A stretch of 64,000 nucleotides of DNA from Nitrososphaerota archaeon (GTDB lineage Archaea > Thermoproteota > Nitrososphaeria_A > Caldarchaeales > Caldarchaeaceae): the NCBI GenBank assembly GCA_041641305.1, contig JBEPYN010000001.1:448001-512000 (forward strand). The letters are read 5' to 3'. A program made the position numbers and the translations under genes. The notes under the pieces were generated by a model. It saw only the letters and a program-made list of their open reading frames with translations, had not been told where the DNA came from and searched no databases. Shown here in pieces: positions 27,809 to 37,499 of this stretch. Within the stretch, counting starts at the first letter, position 1. The number at the start of each line of letters is the position of its first letter.

Positions 27809-28945
27809 CTACACCTCCTCCAATAGCTGGAAAACCTTCGCAAGCTGGTTGACCGACGCCAGTATGAGGTCTACTTCGTTCTCAAACATATAGTCTAAAC
27901 GTCGGTAGTCGTTGTCCGTAACACCGGCGAAGAGCAGGTTTTCCTGGCTGGTCAACGCTCGTTGATACATTATGTGGTCTTCGGCCGAGTTTCCTACATA
28001 TAGCTTGGGACCTTCGCCGCCGAGTCCTTTGAGAGCTTCGAGAAGTGGGATGGGGCTTGGTTTCTCGAGATAACTGTATTTGACAGGGTCTATGATGATG
28101 TAGTCGCTGATGAACATGCATGCGTCCTTCACGAAATACCGGCTCAGCTCACCGAGCGTTCTCCAAGTCTCCCATGAACCACGGCCCGTGCATAAGCCCA
28201 GCCGTATTCCACGCATCGATAGTTTTTCGAGAGTGTCGCGACTGACTAAGAGTTTTTCTTCATCAAGCTTTCCGCTAAATGAAAAGAATGGCCCCGCGTT
28301 CCTCACCTGTGGGACATTCGCCGAGCCGTAGAAAGCCTCGTCAAAAATAGTGGTTAACGGGCTTTCGCCATATCGTCCACCAGGCTTCAACACCTCCTTC
28401 ACCATCTTGGTCAAGGTTGTGTCAATGCCCATTTTTTCCTCCAAGGACGGTAGGTCAGCCGCCGAACCTGAAAAAGGCGCGACCTTTCCGGACAACTCTC
28501 TCAACCAGTTTTCCACCACCGTGTTTGAGACAGCACCGCGGTCTTGTATGGCTCCCAGCCACTCAGTGAAACTTTTCGCCCTCAGCTCATTCACTCTCTC
28601 GCCAACTTGGTCATCCAGTTCAGCCGAGATTCTATCGACAAGCCATTCAACCAAAAGCTGAATAGTGTTGGCGTCGTTGTTGAAGCTGCCTATTGCCCTT
28701 ATGTCGTAGATTGTTTCCTGTTTGATGGATGAGACATCTAGCGTGTAGCCCGTCAACACGCGTGTCAAATAAACAGTTACTTCTTGGATAACCTTGTCAT
28801 AGGAGGTTCTCTCGTCAATCAACACACCATCGCAGTCAAAAATTATACCACATACCCTAGAGAGAGATTCTAACGATGAGAACTTTACGTAGACTGTGCC
28901 CACACTCGTCCGGTACTCCAAGTATTTTCTCTCAGGAGGTTCCAA
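27809..28945 (-). CDS. HAD-superfamily hydrolase with large cap
   Basis: IIFDCDGVLID, CTGR, EKPSP, YVGNSAED. Confidence 0.8.
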   Translation of the reverse strand: MEPPERKYLEYRTSVGTVYVKFSSLESLSRVCGIIFDCDGVLIDERTSYDKVIQEVTVYLTRVLTGYTLDVSSIKQETIYDIRAIGSFNNDANTIQLLVEWLVDRISAELDDQVGERVNELRAKSFTEWLGAIQDRGAVSNTVVENWLRELSGKVAPFSGSAADLPSLEEKMGIDTTLTKMVKEVLKPGGRYGESPLTTIFDEAFYGSANVPQVRNAGPFFSFSGKLDEEKLLVSRDTLEKLSMRGIRLGLCTGRGSWETWRTLGELSRYFVKDACMFISDYIIIDPVKYSYLEKPSPIPLLEALKGLGGEGPKLYVGNSAEDHIMYQRALTSQENLLFAGVTDNDYRRLDYMFENEVDLILASVNQLAKVFQLLEEV

Positions 28946-29016
28946 GAGCTTCCCAGAATGCTGTTACTGATGATGCATCTTAAAGATTTTTAAGCCGTTC
29001 CGAGCGTTGGACACAT

Positions 29017-29382
29017 ATGTCTAAGGTGAGAACCATAGGCTGGGATGACTTGGAATGGGAAAGAGTGCGAGACGATTTTCTCAGAAAAATAGTTTCCGGA
29101 GAGAAGGTTATGGTTGCGAAGCTGTTGCTTAAGAAGGGGGCCCACGTGCAGTTGCATAGACATGAGAATGAGCAGTTGACGGTGGTTCTTGAGGGCAACA
29201 TCAGGTTCTGGTTTGACGACAACACAGAGCTTGTCGCGAAGACCGGCGAAGTGGTCATAATTCCGTCGAATGTGGGACATGCTGCCGAAGCCCTCGAGGA
29301 CACAGTAACTTTTGACATTTTTGCACCTCCGCGAGAAGATTGGCTAACCGGGCGAGACCACTACCTACGTAACAGGACCTAG
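29017..29382 (+). CDS. Cupin domain protein
   Basis: HRHENEQ, IPSNVGH, DIFAPPREDW. Confidence 0.9.
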   Translation: MSKVRTIGWDDLEWERVRDDFLRKIVSGEKVMVAKLLLKKGAHVQLHRHENEQLTVVLEGNIRFWFDDNTELVAKTGEVVIIPSNVGHAAEALEDTVTFDIFAPPREDWLTGRDHYLRNRT

Positions 29383-29723
29383 GTTTTTTCGTAGAAAATC
29401 CATTCTTTCATCAGTCGTTCGTGCCAGTCAATCGTCTCCTCTATGACCGTGTAAAGCTCCGTTAGCTGCGCTATCTTCACCGCGAGCAGATGATAGCACA
29501 TAGGTTTTTCGTGGCTCATAACCCTGAAGAAAAAGTCTTCACAACTGCAGTAACCGGCGTCAGGTAAAACGAGATAGTCTCGTGTTTTTCCCACAACCAC
29601 CCACCTCACCCTATCACCCGGCTTGAAAACATACTTCTTGACACGCTTCATTTTTACAGTTTCGTAGGCCTCTTGGAAAAGCTCAGGATTCTCTCTCTCA
29701 AGTTTAGAAAGCTCTGTGTTCAA
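29379..29723 (-). CDS. SWIM zinc-finger protein
   Basis: YCSCEDFFF...PMCYHLLA (CxC..CxH). Confidence 0.85.
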   Translation of the reverse strand: MNTELSKLERENPELFQEAYETVKMKRVKKYVFKPGDRVRWVVVGKTRDYLVLPDAGYCSCEDFFFRVMSHEKPMCYHLLAVKIAQLTELYTVIEETIDWHERLMKEWIFYEKT

Positions 29724-30505
29724 CTGACCAGCCTCCGCAGCTCAGCGAGCGTGCCGAGAAAGGTGCCGTCGAGTCCTATAACCTCTGCTTCATCGAGGTC
29801 GAATGCGCCCGACCTCAGCAAAGGCCCCCTCGTTAGACTGCTTTGGCTCAGCTCTGTGACAGACCGTCCCTGCATGATTTTGTTGAAGCTGGGCATGATG
29901 ATGAGAAAGATTTCAGACGGGGACGGTGGGGCATCTGTTTTGAAGAGCTTTGTGAATAGCTTTCGTCTATCACCCCTTATCCGCAGCCAGACACCCATTC
30001 TTACTGATGAGCCGCCTCTTCCTATCCTCAGTACAGGATGTAGGTGACCAGTCACAACAACATCCATGGACACCACGTCGATAGAGGGCTTTACGTGACC
30101 ATGCGTAAACCCAACAGACTCCTCCTCCACAATAAACCCGTCAGCCGGACAAAACTTGGCGTATCCAGATAAAACCTTCTCAATCTTTCCGTCGTGGTTG
30201 CCCGGTAGGACAATCAATTCATCTACAAGTCGCTTTACCGGGTTAACAAATTTTGGGACAATTTCATACTCTAGCCTTGAGAGGCCTTGAACGTTGTGTT
30301 TAAGGTCACCGACCACGATCAGTCTCTTCGCACCCGTTGACTCCACGACGTTAACCAACTCGTCGACGATTTTGAGGCTCTGCAGCGGGACTCGGACGCC
30401 TTTGCTGCGAAGCTCTTCCTCAAACCCGAGATGAAGGTCCGCGACTGCAAGTGTTTTCACCGGTTTTTCGAGCAGAAGCGCCCCATGGCCCTCGACGAGC
30501 TTCAT
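29720..30505 (-). CDS. Metallophosphoesterase (COG1407-like)
   Basis: ADLHLG, GDLKH, GNHD, THGH, GHLHP, MPSFN. Confidence 0.9.
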   Translation of the reverse strand: MKLVEGHGALLLEKPVKTLAVADLHLGFEEELRSKGVRVPLQSLKIVDELVNVVESTGAKRLIVVGDLKHNVQGLSRLEYEIVPKFVNPVKRLVDELIVLPGNHDGKIEKVLSGYAKFCPADGFIVEEESVGFTHGHVKPSIDVVSMDVVVTGHLHPVLRIGRGGSSVRMGVWLRIRGDRRKLFTKLFKTDAPPSPSEIFLIIMPSFNKIMQGRSVTELSQSSLTRGPLLRSGAFDLDEAEVIGLDGTFLGTLAELRRLVS

Positions 30506-31602
30506 GACTTGGTCAGCTCAGCCAGCTTCTCGGGAAGGTAGTCGGATACTATGTATTCGAGGCCGTAGCGGCTGAGGGCCTCGAGCTCCGCTTTTTTCTG
30601 GAGTTTTTTGAAGTTGGTTATCTCGCGTTTCCAAGGGTCTGAGACATAGCGTGGATCTTTCTCAAGCTCCGACACTCGTCGGATGTCTTCGTCGTTGAAC
30701 TTCATGGCGGGCAGCTTGTATTTTGTGATGTCGCTTGCCCATAGACCCGCCCAGACAGCGTCGGGAACATTCAGTTCTCTGACGTGGGCCGAGAGGGCTG
30801 AGCCGAACACTATCACGCTCGCTATGTGCATACCCCATGGGTCGGCGTCCGTGAAGATGTAGACCGGCAATCCGAGCTCCGCGTTAAGTCTGCGGATGAA
30901 TTTGCGCGTAGCCCGTGGAGCTTGACCCGCGGTGTGGACTACAATCGCCTTGTACTTGGAGGGTACGTTCTCTTCGAGAAATCTCTGGTATATTGCGCCT
31001 TTTTCCACGACGAAGACCTGCTTGGCCGATGATTTTACGAATTTGGCGGTGGTCATGGCGGGGCCTATCATAGCGCCGTCTGGAATGGTTGTGAGGTCAA
31101 GCCTTCTGCCCTCGTAGCCCGGTACATCATATTCTATGGTCAGGGGGCCAAAGACGCTTGAACGTTCTTCGGGATAGATGTTGAAGTCTTCGCGTACGGT
31201 GCCTATGATGGTTTCGAGCTCTGTTACAGCTTCGTCGCTTTCCTGCTGGTCCTCGAAATCGACGTCATAGCCTAAGGCGTTGTAGAAAGCGTCTCTTAGG
31301 GTGCTTGTTTTCCGTGAGCGTATGAGCTGGGAGGCGAACATCGTCATCCAGCAAAGCTGTGCAAGCGGCCTCAGGTGTTTGATGTTTCTGGCTGTCCTAA
31401 CAATCTTCCTGTCCCCCAGCACGTATTGCCTCAGCTCGGCGTTGTACTCTATGTTGGCTGTTGTCCTCGCGGGGATGGCTACCTCGGGAAACTCTCCTTG
31501 CTCCATGCTCTTGACAATTGTTTCAGCGAACTTTGTGATGCTCCTCAGAACCCTGTCTCTCGTGTCCTCCTTATTCTGAAGTTGTTTTGCTTTTTTCACC
31601 AC
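30502..31602 (-). CDS. top6A: DNA topoisomerase VI subunit A
   Basis: STLRDAFY (catalytic Tyr), VVEK, GQAPRATR, TDADPWG, KAELEAL. Confidence 0.95.
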   Translation of the reverse strand: MVKKAKQLQNKEDTRDRVLRSITKFAETIVKSMEQGEFPEVAIPARTTANIEYNAELRQYVLGDRKIVRTARNIKHLRPLAQLCWMTMFASQLIRSRKTSTLRDAFYNALGYDVDFEDQQESDEAVTELETIIGTVREDFNIYPEERSSVFGPLTIEYDVPGYEGRRLDLTTIPDGAMIGPAMTTAKFVKSSAKQVFVVEKGAIYQRFLEENVPSKYKAIVVHTAGQAPRATRKFIRRLNAELGLPVYIFTDADPWGMHIASVIVFGSALSAHVRELNVPDAVWAGLWASDITKYKLPAMKFNDEDIRRVSELEKDPRYVSDPWKREITNFKKLQKKAELEALSRYGLEYIVSDYLPEKLAELTKS

Positions 31603-31631
31603 CTATGCCATGGTTCACGCGGTTCTTAAAT

Positions 31632-33092
31632 CTACATCATAAGGATTCTGGAGATTGCCAGAGCCGCGTCGAGGAAAGGTGTTGGATAAATGCCTATCAC
31701 TATAGCTGATGCGGCGAGAGCCAGAAGCGAGAACCGCATACCAGCCGTCACCGGCTTTTTGAGTTGGAGTGTGGGAGAGACCTCTTTGAGGAAAATTGTT
31801 TGGACGAGTCTCATGTAATATGCCACGCTGACCAAGATGTTGATTATCATTATGGCGGCTAGGATTGGGTAGATGCCTCCTGCTTGAAGGGCTGCCGTGA
31901 CTATGGTGAACTCGCTCCAGAAGACGTTTAGACCAGGTATTCCAGCGAGGGAGAAGGCGCCTATGCCGAAACAAGTGGCGGCCAGTGGCAGTTTCTTACC
32001 GATCCCGGCGAGGTCGTCTATACGGCGTGTCTGGGCTGCGTGTATGAATGCTCCGGCCCCGAGGAAGAGGAGGGCCTTCATGAGAGCGTGGTTGAGGACG
32101 TGGAATATTCCTCCCGTCAACCCTGTTACGGTCGCTATGCTAATGCCGAAAACAATGTAGCCGATGTGTGCTATGGAGCTGAAGGCAAGCAGCCTCTTGA
32201 CATCCTCCTGCATGAGCGCCAACAAGTTTCCAAGCGACATGGTCAGGATTGCGAAGATAGCCAACCCCAGCTGCCAGCCGAAAAGACTCGGCGGAAACAC
32301 CCCCATCAACACCCTAATCATCGCGTAAACACCCGCCTTGATTACTACACCTGAAAGCATGGCGCTTATTGGGCTGGGAGCTGCAGGGTGTGCGTCAGGC
32401 AACCAAGAATGAAACGGGGCCATGGCGGCGTTGACACCGAAACCTGTGATGAGAAGAGCGACGGCCAGATAGGCCCATGGCTCGGCAGCCACAGCCGGCG
32501 ACGCGAGAATTTCTCCGAGCCTGCTGAGCTCAAGGGTGCCGGCCAGACCGTAAATAAGCGACATCCCGAACAGTATCGCGGCCGCTCCCGCCGCGCTCAT
32601 TATCAGATACTTGAGAGAAGCTTCCACGGCCTCCCATGTCCTGTACCTGAAGGCCACGAGAAGATAGGAGGAGATTGACATCAGCTCCCAAAATATGAAG
32701 AACGTGAAGAGGTCGCCTGAGTAAACCACGCCGACTAAACCCGTTACCAGAATCATCAGAAGCGGATAGAATTCTGGTTTACGTTCCTCGATGTAGCCGA
32801 AGGCAAACAACGTCGATAGAATACCGACCACCAAAAATGTAAGTGCAAAAAATATGGCGAGCCTGTCCACGTAAATCTGCGATCCCGGAGACCCGAATGA
32901 GACTGTGTAGACTTTGCCCGCGAAAACTTCCATAGCCTGCGTCAAGGCGATGGCTGTTACAGCCGCCAGCGCCAGAGCCGTGTAAACCTCGACCACTCTC
33001 GGCCTGTTCACGCCCCTGCTTATCAGAGAGAAAATGGGTGAGAGAAGTGTTAGGAATATGAGGGCGTTCAGGGAGGGTGTAAAGTCTATCAT
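31632..33092 (-). CDS. Proton-conducting antiporter-like subunit (NuoN/MrpD family)
   Basis: FIFWELMSISSYLL, EASLKYL, PFHSWLPDAHPAAPSPISAMLSG, HALMKALLFL. Confidence 0.85.
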   Translation of the reverse strand: MIDFTPSLNALIFLTLLSPIFSLISRGVNRPRVVEVYTALALAAVTAIALTQAMEVFAGKVYTVSFGSPGSQIYVDRLAIFFALTFLVVGILSTLFAFGYIEERKPEFYPLLMILVTGLVGVVYSGDLFTFFIFWELMSISSYLLVAFRYRTWEAVEASLKYLIMSAAGAAAILFGMSLIYGLAGTLELSRLGEILASPAVAAEPWAYLAVALLITGFGVNAAMAPFHSWLPDAHPAAPSPISAMLSGVVIKAGVYAMIRVLMGVFPPSLFGWQLGLAIFAILTMSLGNLLALMQEDVKRLLAFSSIAHIGYIVFGISIATVTGLTGGIFHVLNHALMKALLFLGAGAFIHAAQTRRIDDLAGIGKKLPLAATCFGIGAFSLAGIPGLNVFWSEFTIVTAALQAGGIYPILAAIMIINILVSVAYYMRLVQTIFLKEVSPTLQLKKPVTAGMRFSLLALAASAIVIGIYPTPFLDAALAISRILMM

Positions 33093-33134
33093 CGAGACTC
33101 GGTTATCCGACTTTATAGCAGCTTTTTAAGGTAA

Positions 33135-36100
33135 TCAGGAGCAGCCTGTCGTGGCTCCGCAGTTTGTGCAGACATAGCAGGTGCCGCTCCTCGCCATTAT
33201 GCTGCCGCATTCTCTACACGCCGGAGCGTCGGGCGCGGGTGTCGCAGAAACTCTCTTCAAAGTCTCTTCGCCTGCGACAACTTGGGTGTCGACAGCTGCT
33301 TCTGATATGCCCAGCTCAGCTATTTCACTGGCTGGCAGAAACTTTAGCGCAAGCCAGCGGAAAACATAGTCCACGACAGATTTGGCGAAGCGTATCTGCG
33401 GGTTGTCGGTGTAGCCCATAGGCTCGAATCGTGTGTGTATAAACTTCTCAACCAAAACACGTAGCGGAACACCGTATTGTAGAGCTATCGAGGTCACTAT
33501 TGAGAAGGAATCCATCAAACCTGCGAGAGTGCTGCCTTCTTTCGCCATCTTGATGAATATTTCTCCCGGTGTACCGTCCTCGTAGAGGCCTACGGTGATG
33601 TATCCCTCCTGCTCACCGACTCTGAACTTGTGTGTGATGGCTTTTCTTTCAGCGGGTAGGCGGCGCCGCACAGGCCGAGGCGCCTGCTCCTCTGGTTTCT
33701 TAGCCGTCATCAAGGGCTGGGAAAGCTTGCTCCCATCCCTGTATATGGCTATGCACTTTAGGCCGAGCCTCCACGCATCCATGTAAACCTCTGCAACATC
33801 CTCAACCGTCGCATCGTTCGGCATGTTCACCGTCTTGCTTATGGCTCCGCTGAGAAACGGCTGGACAGCAGCCATCATCAAGATATGTGCCTTGTAGTGG
33901 ACAAAGCGTTTACCCTTCCTACCCGATGGAACAGCGCAGTCAAACACTGGGATGTGCTCGGGCTTGATATGTGGCGCATCCTCGACGGTCAACGAGCCGC
34001 AGATAACATCCTCTGAATACCTGATTTCCTCTTCGCTAAAGCCGAGATACTTGAGAAGCGAAAAATCTGGAGACTTGTAGACAGATTCGGGGATGCCGAG
34101 CCTCCGCATAGTCTCGGGGCCAAGGGTCTGCGGGTTGATTACGTCGCTTAGACGGGTGGCGGATACAAGGAGCTGCTCTATCTTTTGTAGATCTGCGTCG
34201 GTGAGCCCGCGTTTCTTTAGCGACTCGTAGTTGATAGGCTGGTTGCCATGTAAAGTGTTTGTCCCGACAACGTATTCGATGATGTCTCTGATTTGTTTCT
34301 CGGTGTATCCGAGTTTTCTCAGCGCGGGTTCAAGTGACCTGTTGACCAGCTTGAAATATCCTCCTCCAACGAGTTTCTTCAGCTTGACTAGCGAGAAGTC
34401 GGGTTCTACGCCAAGTGTGTCGCAGTCCATCAAAAGCCCTATAGTCCCTGTCGGAGCTATCAGTGTCGCTTGAGCGTTTCTAACACCGTATTTTTCCGCC
34501 ATAGCTATTGCACGGTCCCAACTTACCCTTGCAGCGTCGAGCAGATACTTTGGCGCAAGCTCAAGAGGCGGTAAATGTGGCTTAATCTCGAGACCCTCGT
34601 ATTCATGCGGCTTGGCTCCGTAGACGGCTCTCCGATGATTGTTCAAAACCCTAAGAACATGAACACGGTTTTTCTCAAACTCTTCAAACGGGCCAGCAAT
34701 ACTCGCAATCTCAGCCGATGTGGCGTAGACTTCGCCCGTCATCAAAGCCGTTACAACGGCGGCGACAGCACGGCCCTCATCACTATCATATGGGAATCCC
34801 ATTCTCATCAACAGTCCGCCAAGGTTAGCGTATCCAAGGCCAAGACTCCTCGTCCTGTAACTCATTTCCGCAATCTCTGGGCTGGGATACTGAGCCATCC
34901 CAACCGTTATCTCAAGCACAATGGTCCACAGCCTCACGGCATGTCTAAAGGCTTCGACGTCGAACAATCCTTTTTCCTCATCGTAGAATTTCACGAGGTT
35001 TAGTGATGCGAGGTTGCAGGCGGTGTTGTCGAGAAAGTTGAACTCGGAGCAGGGGTTGGTTGCGTTTATCCTACCGGTCTCGGGGCAGGTGTTCCACTCG
35101 TTAATAGTGGTGTCGAACTGCAGGCCTGGGTCTGCGCAAGCCCAAGCAGCCTTAGCAATCTTCTCCCAGAGGTAACGGGCTTTTACAAACTTCGCAGGTT
35201 TACCGTCTGTTCTCCGTATCAGCGCCCAGTCTCTGTCTTCAAGAACTGCGCGCATAAATTCGTTGGTCACTCTGACAGAGTTGTTGGAGTTCTGTCCCGA
35301 GACGGTTTGGTATGCTTCCCCTTCGAAATCGGCTGAATAGCCTGCGGCAACCAAGGCGGCGACTTTCTGCTCCTCCTTCACCTTCCAGTCGATAAACTCC
35401 TCTATCTCCGGGTGGTCGATGTTGAGCACAACCATCTTGGCCGCTCTACGTGTCGTTCCCCCAGATTTGATGGAGCCGGCCACAGCATCTCCAACCTTGA
35501 GGAACGACATCACACCGCTCGAGACTCCTCCTCCCGAAAGAGGCTCACCCTTAGCCCTCAAAGTAGAGTAGTTGCAGCCCTCCCCACTTCCATACTTGTA
35601 AATACGGGCTTGCTTAACCCATGTATCCATAATGCCGCCCGGGTTGACTAGATCATCCTTGATGGAGAGGATGAAACATGCATGCGCCTGTGGACGTGAA
35701 TAAGCATCCTTCGATGGAACAACCTGTTTAAGCTCCTCATCATAGTAGTAGTGGCCTTGTGGTGGGCCAGTTATTCCATAGGCCCAGTGAAGCCCTGTGT
35801 TGAACCATTGTGGAGAGTTGGGCGCACATATCTGGCTAATCAGCATGTACTCAATCTCGTCTTGGAAAGCTTGTGCATCCTCTTGTGACGCGAAGTAGCC
35901 AAACCGCTCTCCCCAGTATCTCCAGCAACCGGCCAGTCTCCTCACAACTTGTTTGAGTGACCTCTCCGGTCCCAGTACTGGTTTGCCGTCTTTGTCAAGT
36001 ATGGGGTTACCGTATTCGTCAAACTGAGGTACACCAGTTTTCCGAAAATATTTCTGCGCAAGGATGTCGGTCGCCACCTGCGACCAGAAGCTGGGAACCT

Positions 36101-36269
36101 CGACATCCTTCATCTCAAAGATGACGTTGCCTGCTAAGTCCTTTATCTGAGAAGTCCTCCTCTCCCACTTGAAATATGAGAAGACATCACGTCCATCAGT
36201 GTAGAAACGATTTATCTTCAAACCTTTTGAAGACCCTTTCTGCTCCACAACAGTCATGGCTTCAATCAC
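33135..36269 (-). CDS. nrdJ: Class II (B12-dependent) ribonucleotide reductase
   Basis: PNSPQWFN, HACFI, TNPCSE, ACNLASLNL, IAPTGTI, ISKTVN, C-terminal Zn ribbon ending TTGCS; no intein seen. Confidence 0.96.
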   Translation of the reverse strand: MIEAMTVVEQKGSSKGLKINRFYTDGRDVFSYFKWERRTSQIKDLAGNVIFEMKDVEVPSFWSQVATDILAQKYFRKTGVPQFDEYGNPILDKDGKPVLGPERSLKQVVRRLAGCWRYWGERFGYFASQEDAQAFQDEIEYMLISQICAPNSPQWFNTGLHWAYGITGPPQGHYYYDEELKQVVPSKDAYSRPQAHACFILSIKDDLVNPGGIMDTWVKQARIYKYGSGEGCNYSTLRAKGEPLSGGGVSSGVMSFLKVGDAVAGSIKSGGTTRRAAKMVVLNIDHPEIEEFIDWKVKEEQKVAALVAAGYSADFEGEAYQTVSGQNSNNSVRVTNEFMRAVLEDRDWALIRRTDGKPAKFVKARYLWEKIAKAAWACADPGLQFDTTINEWNTCPETGRINATNPCSEFNFLDNTACNLASLNLVKFYDEEKGLFDVEAFRHAVRLWTIVLEITVGMAQYPSPEIAEMSYRTRSLGLGYANLGGLLMRMGFPYDSDEGRAVAAVVTALMTGEVYATSAEIASIAGPFEEFEKNRVHVLRVLNNHRRAVYGAKPHEYEGLEIKPHLPPLELAPKYLLDAARVSWDRAIAMAEKYGVRNAQATLIAPTGTIGLLMDCDTLGVEPDFSLVKLKKLVGGGYFKLVNRSLEPALRKLGYTEKQIRDIIEYVVGTNTLHGNQPINYESLKKRGLTDADLQKIEQLLVSATRLSDVINPQTLGPETMRRLGIPESVYKSPDFSLLKYLGFSEEEIRYSEDVICGSLTVEDAPHIKPEHIPVFDCAVPSGRKGKRFVHYKAHILMMAAVQPFLSGAISKTVNMPNDATVEDVAEVYMDAWRLGLKCIAIYRDGSKLSQPLMTAKKPEEQAPRPVRRRLPAERKAITHKFRVGEQEGYITVGLYEDGTPGEIFIKMAKEGSTLAGLMDSFSIVTSIALQYGVPLRVLVEKFIHTRFEPMGYTDNPQIRFAKSVVDYVFRWLALKFLPASEIAELGISEAAVDTQVVAGEETLKRVSATPAPDAPACRECGSIMARSGTCYVCTNCGATTGCS

Positions 36270-36368
36270 GCAAGATTCTGATTAAAATCTTTTCTCCCTT
36301 TCTCACCACTGTAGGATGCTAAGACATAGTGCAATTGACGAACATAGGTTCTTGAAACCGCTTTTTGC

Positions 36369-37460
36369 TCATCTAGTGATTTCCTGCGACTTGACGAACT
36401 CGTACAGCTCTCTGGCGCGGCGGTGGGTCTCGAACCAGTTTCTTATTGGTGTCAGGAGCTCATCGAGGTAACGTGCGACAGTGTTTTTGAGGTCGAGTGG
36501 ATGTAGTTTTCCTTCTGTATAGTCTTTCTCGAGTGAGAGATAGTTGGTGTAGGTGACTTCGCCGCCGTATTTCGCGGGCCGCTCAACAACGATTGTTTGT
36601 TTAAGTGGGAAGATGATGTATTTGCAGTATTCGAGGACCGGGTTGCCTGTTGCTTGGCGTGGTGGGCAGTATGCATTGTTTATTTTTCTCTTGATGGTTT
36701 CGGTGTCGTCGTGTACGAAGATGCTTGACTCTGGGATGCTTTTGCTCATCTTCGAGCTTATCTGGATGTCGATGCTCTCCTCCTCCTCGAGGCCCTTTGG
36801 ACCTGTCGGCCCCTCTAATCCCATGAGCATGTGGTGGTGGACTGCCACGGGTTTCCAGAAACCGAGTTTCGGCCCAAGTTCTCTCGCGAGAATGTTGGCC
36901 CGCCGCTGGTCCAGACCGAGCTGACATATCTTGGCCTCGAGCCTGAATATGTCCGCGACCTGCATACCTGGGTAGAGCAACTGAGCGGCTTCTTGAAGCT
37001 CACCCTCCTTCCGGCCCATTATAGGCAAGCATCTAAGCGCACGGCGTAGAGTTGTATTCTGGAGAACCTCGATGACCAGCCGCCAGTAATCTCTGTCCGC
37101 AGCCAAGTCGCTTGCCCAGACAATTTCGACGCGGCTTGTGTCTATGCCCGAGGCTTTCCACACCTCGACAAAGTATTCACCCACTTTTCGGATTTTCTCT
37201 AGATCTCCGCCCATTTTTCTGTTGATTGCTGCATGCCAATCCGCCAGCAGGAGCTTGAAGCGGCAGCCCGCCTCTAGCATGTCGCGGAGCTTAATGGCTC
37301 GGAGAAGGGCGAATGGGATGTGGGCCAAGCCACTTGGCTCAAAACCATCATAGGCGATTGGGGAAGACTCTGTCTCGAGAAGAGCACGTAGCTCCTCGGG
37401 TGTCAAAACCTCCTCAGTCGGCTGCCTCATAATTAGCTCAAGCCTTCTCTCGACATCCAT
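36369..37460 (-). CDS. tyrS: Tyrosine--tRNA ligase (archaeal type)
   Basis: [35 protein letters not shown]. Confidence 0.95.
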   Translation of the reverse strand: MDVERRLELIMRQPTEEVLTPEELRALLETESSPIAYDGFEPSGLAHIPFALLRAIKLRDMLEAGCRFKLLLADWHAAINRKMGGDLEKIRKVGEYFVEVWKASGIDTSRVEIVWASDLAADRDYWRLVIEVLQNTTLRRALRCLPIMGRKEGELQEAAQLLYPGMQVADIFRLEAKICQLGLDQRRANILARELGPKLGFWKPVAVHHHMLMGLEGPTGPKGLEEEESIDIQISSKMSKSIPESSIFVHDDTETIKRKINNAYCPPRQATGNPVLEYCKYIIFPLKQTIVVERPAKYGGEVTYTNYLSLEKDYTEGKLHPLDLKNTVARYLDELLTPIRNWFETHRRARELYEFVKSQEITR

Positions 37461-37499
37461 GCACAGCTCAGCCCCATCACCGACGAGAAGCCAAGTTAT

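Noticed and set aside
36272-36290. AAGATT-N7-AATCTT inverted repeat upstream of nrdJ
   Set aside because: Short AT-rich arms overlapping the promoter region; insufficient support for an operator
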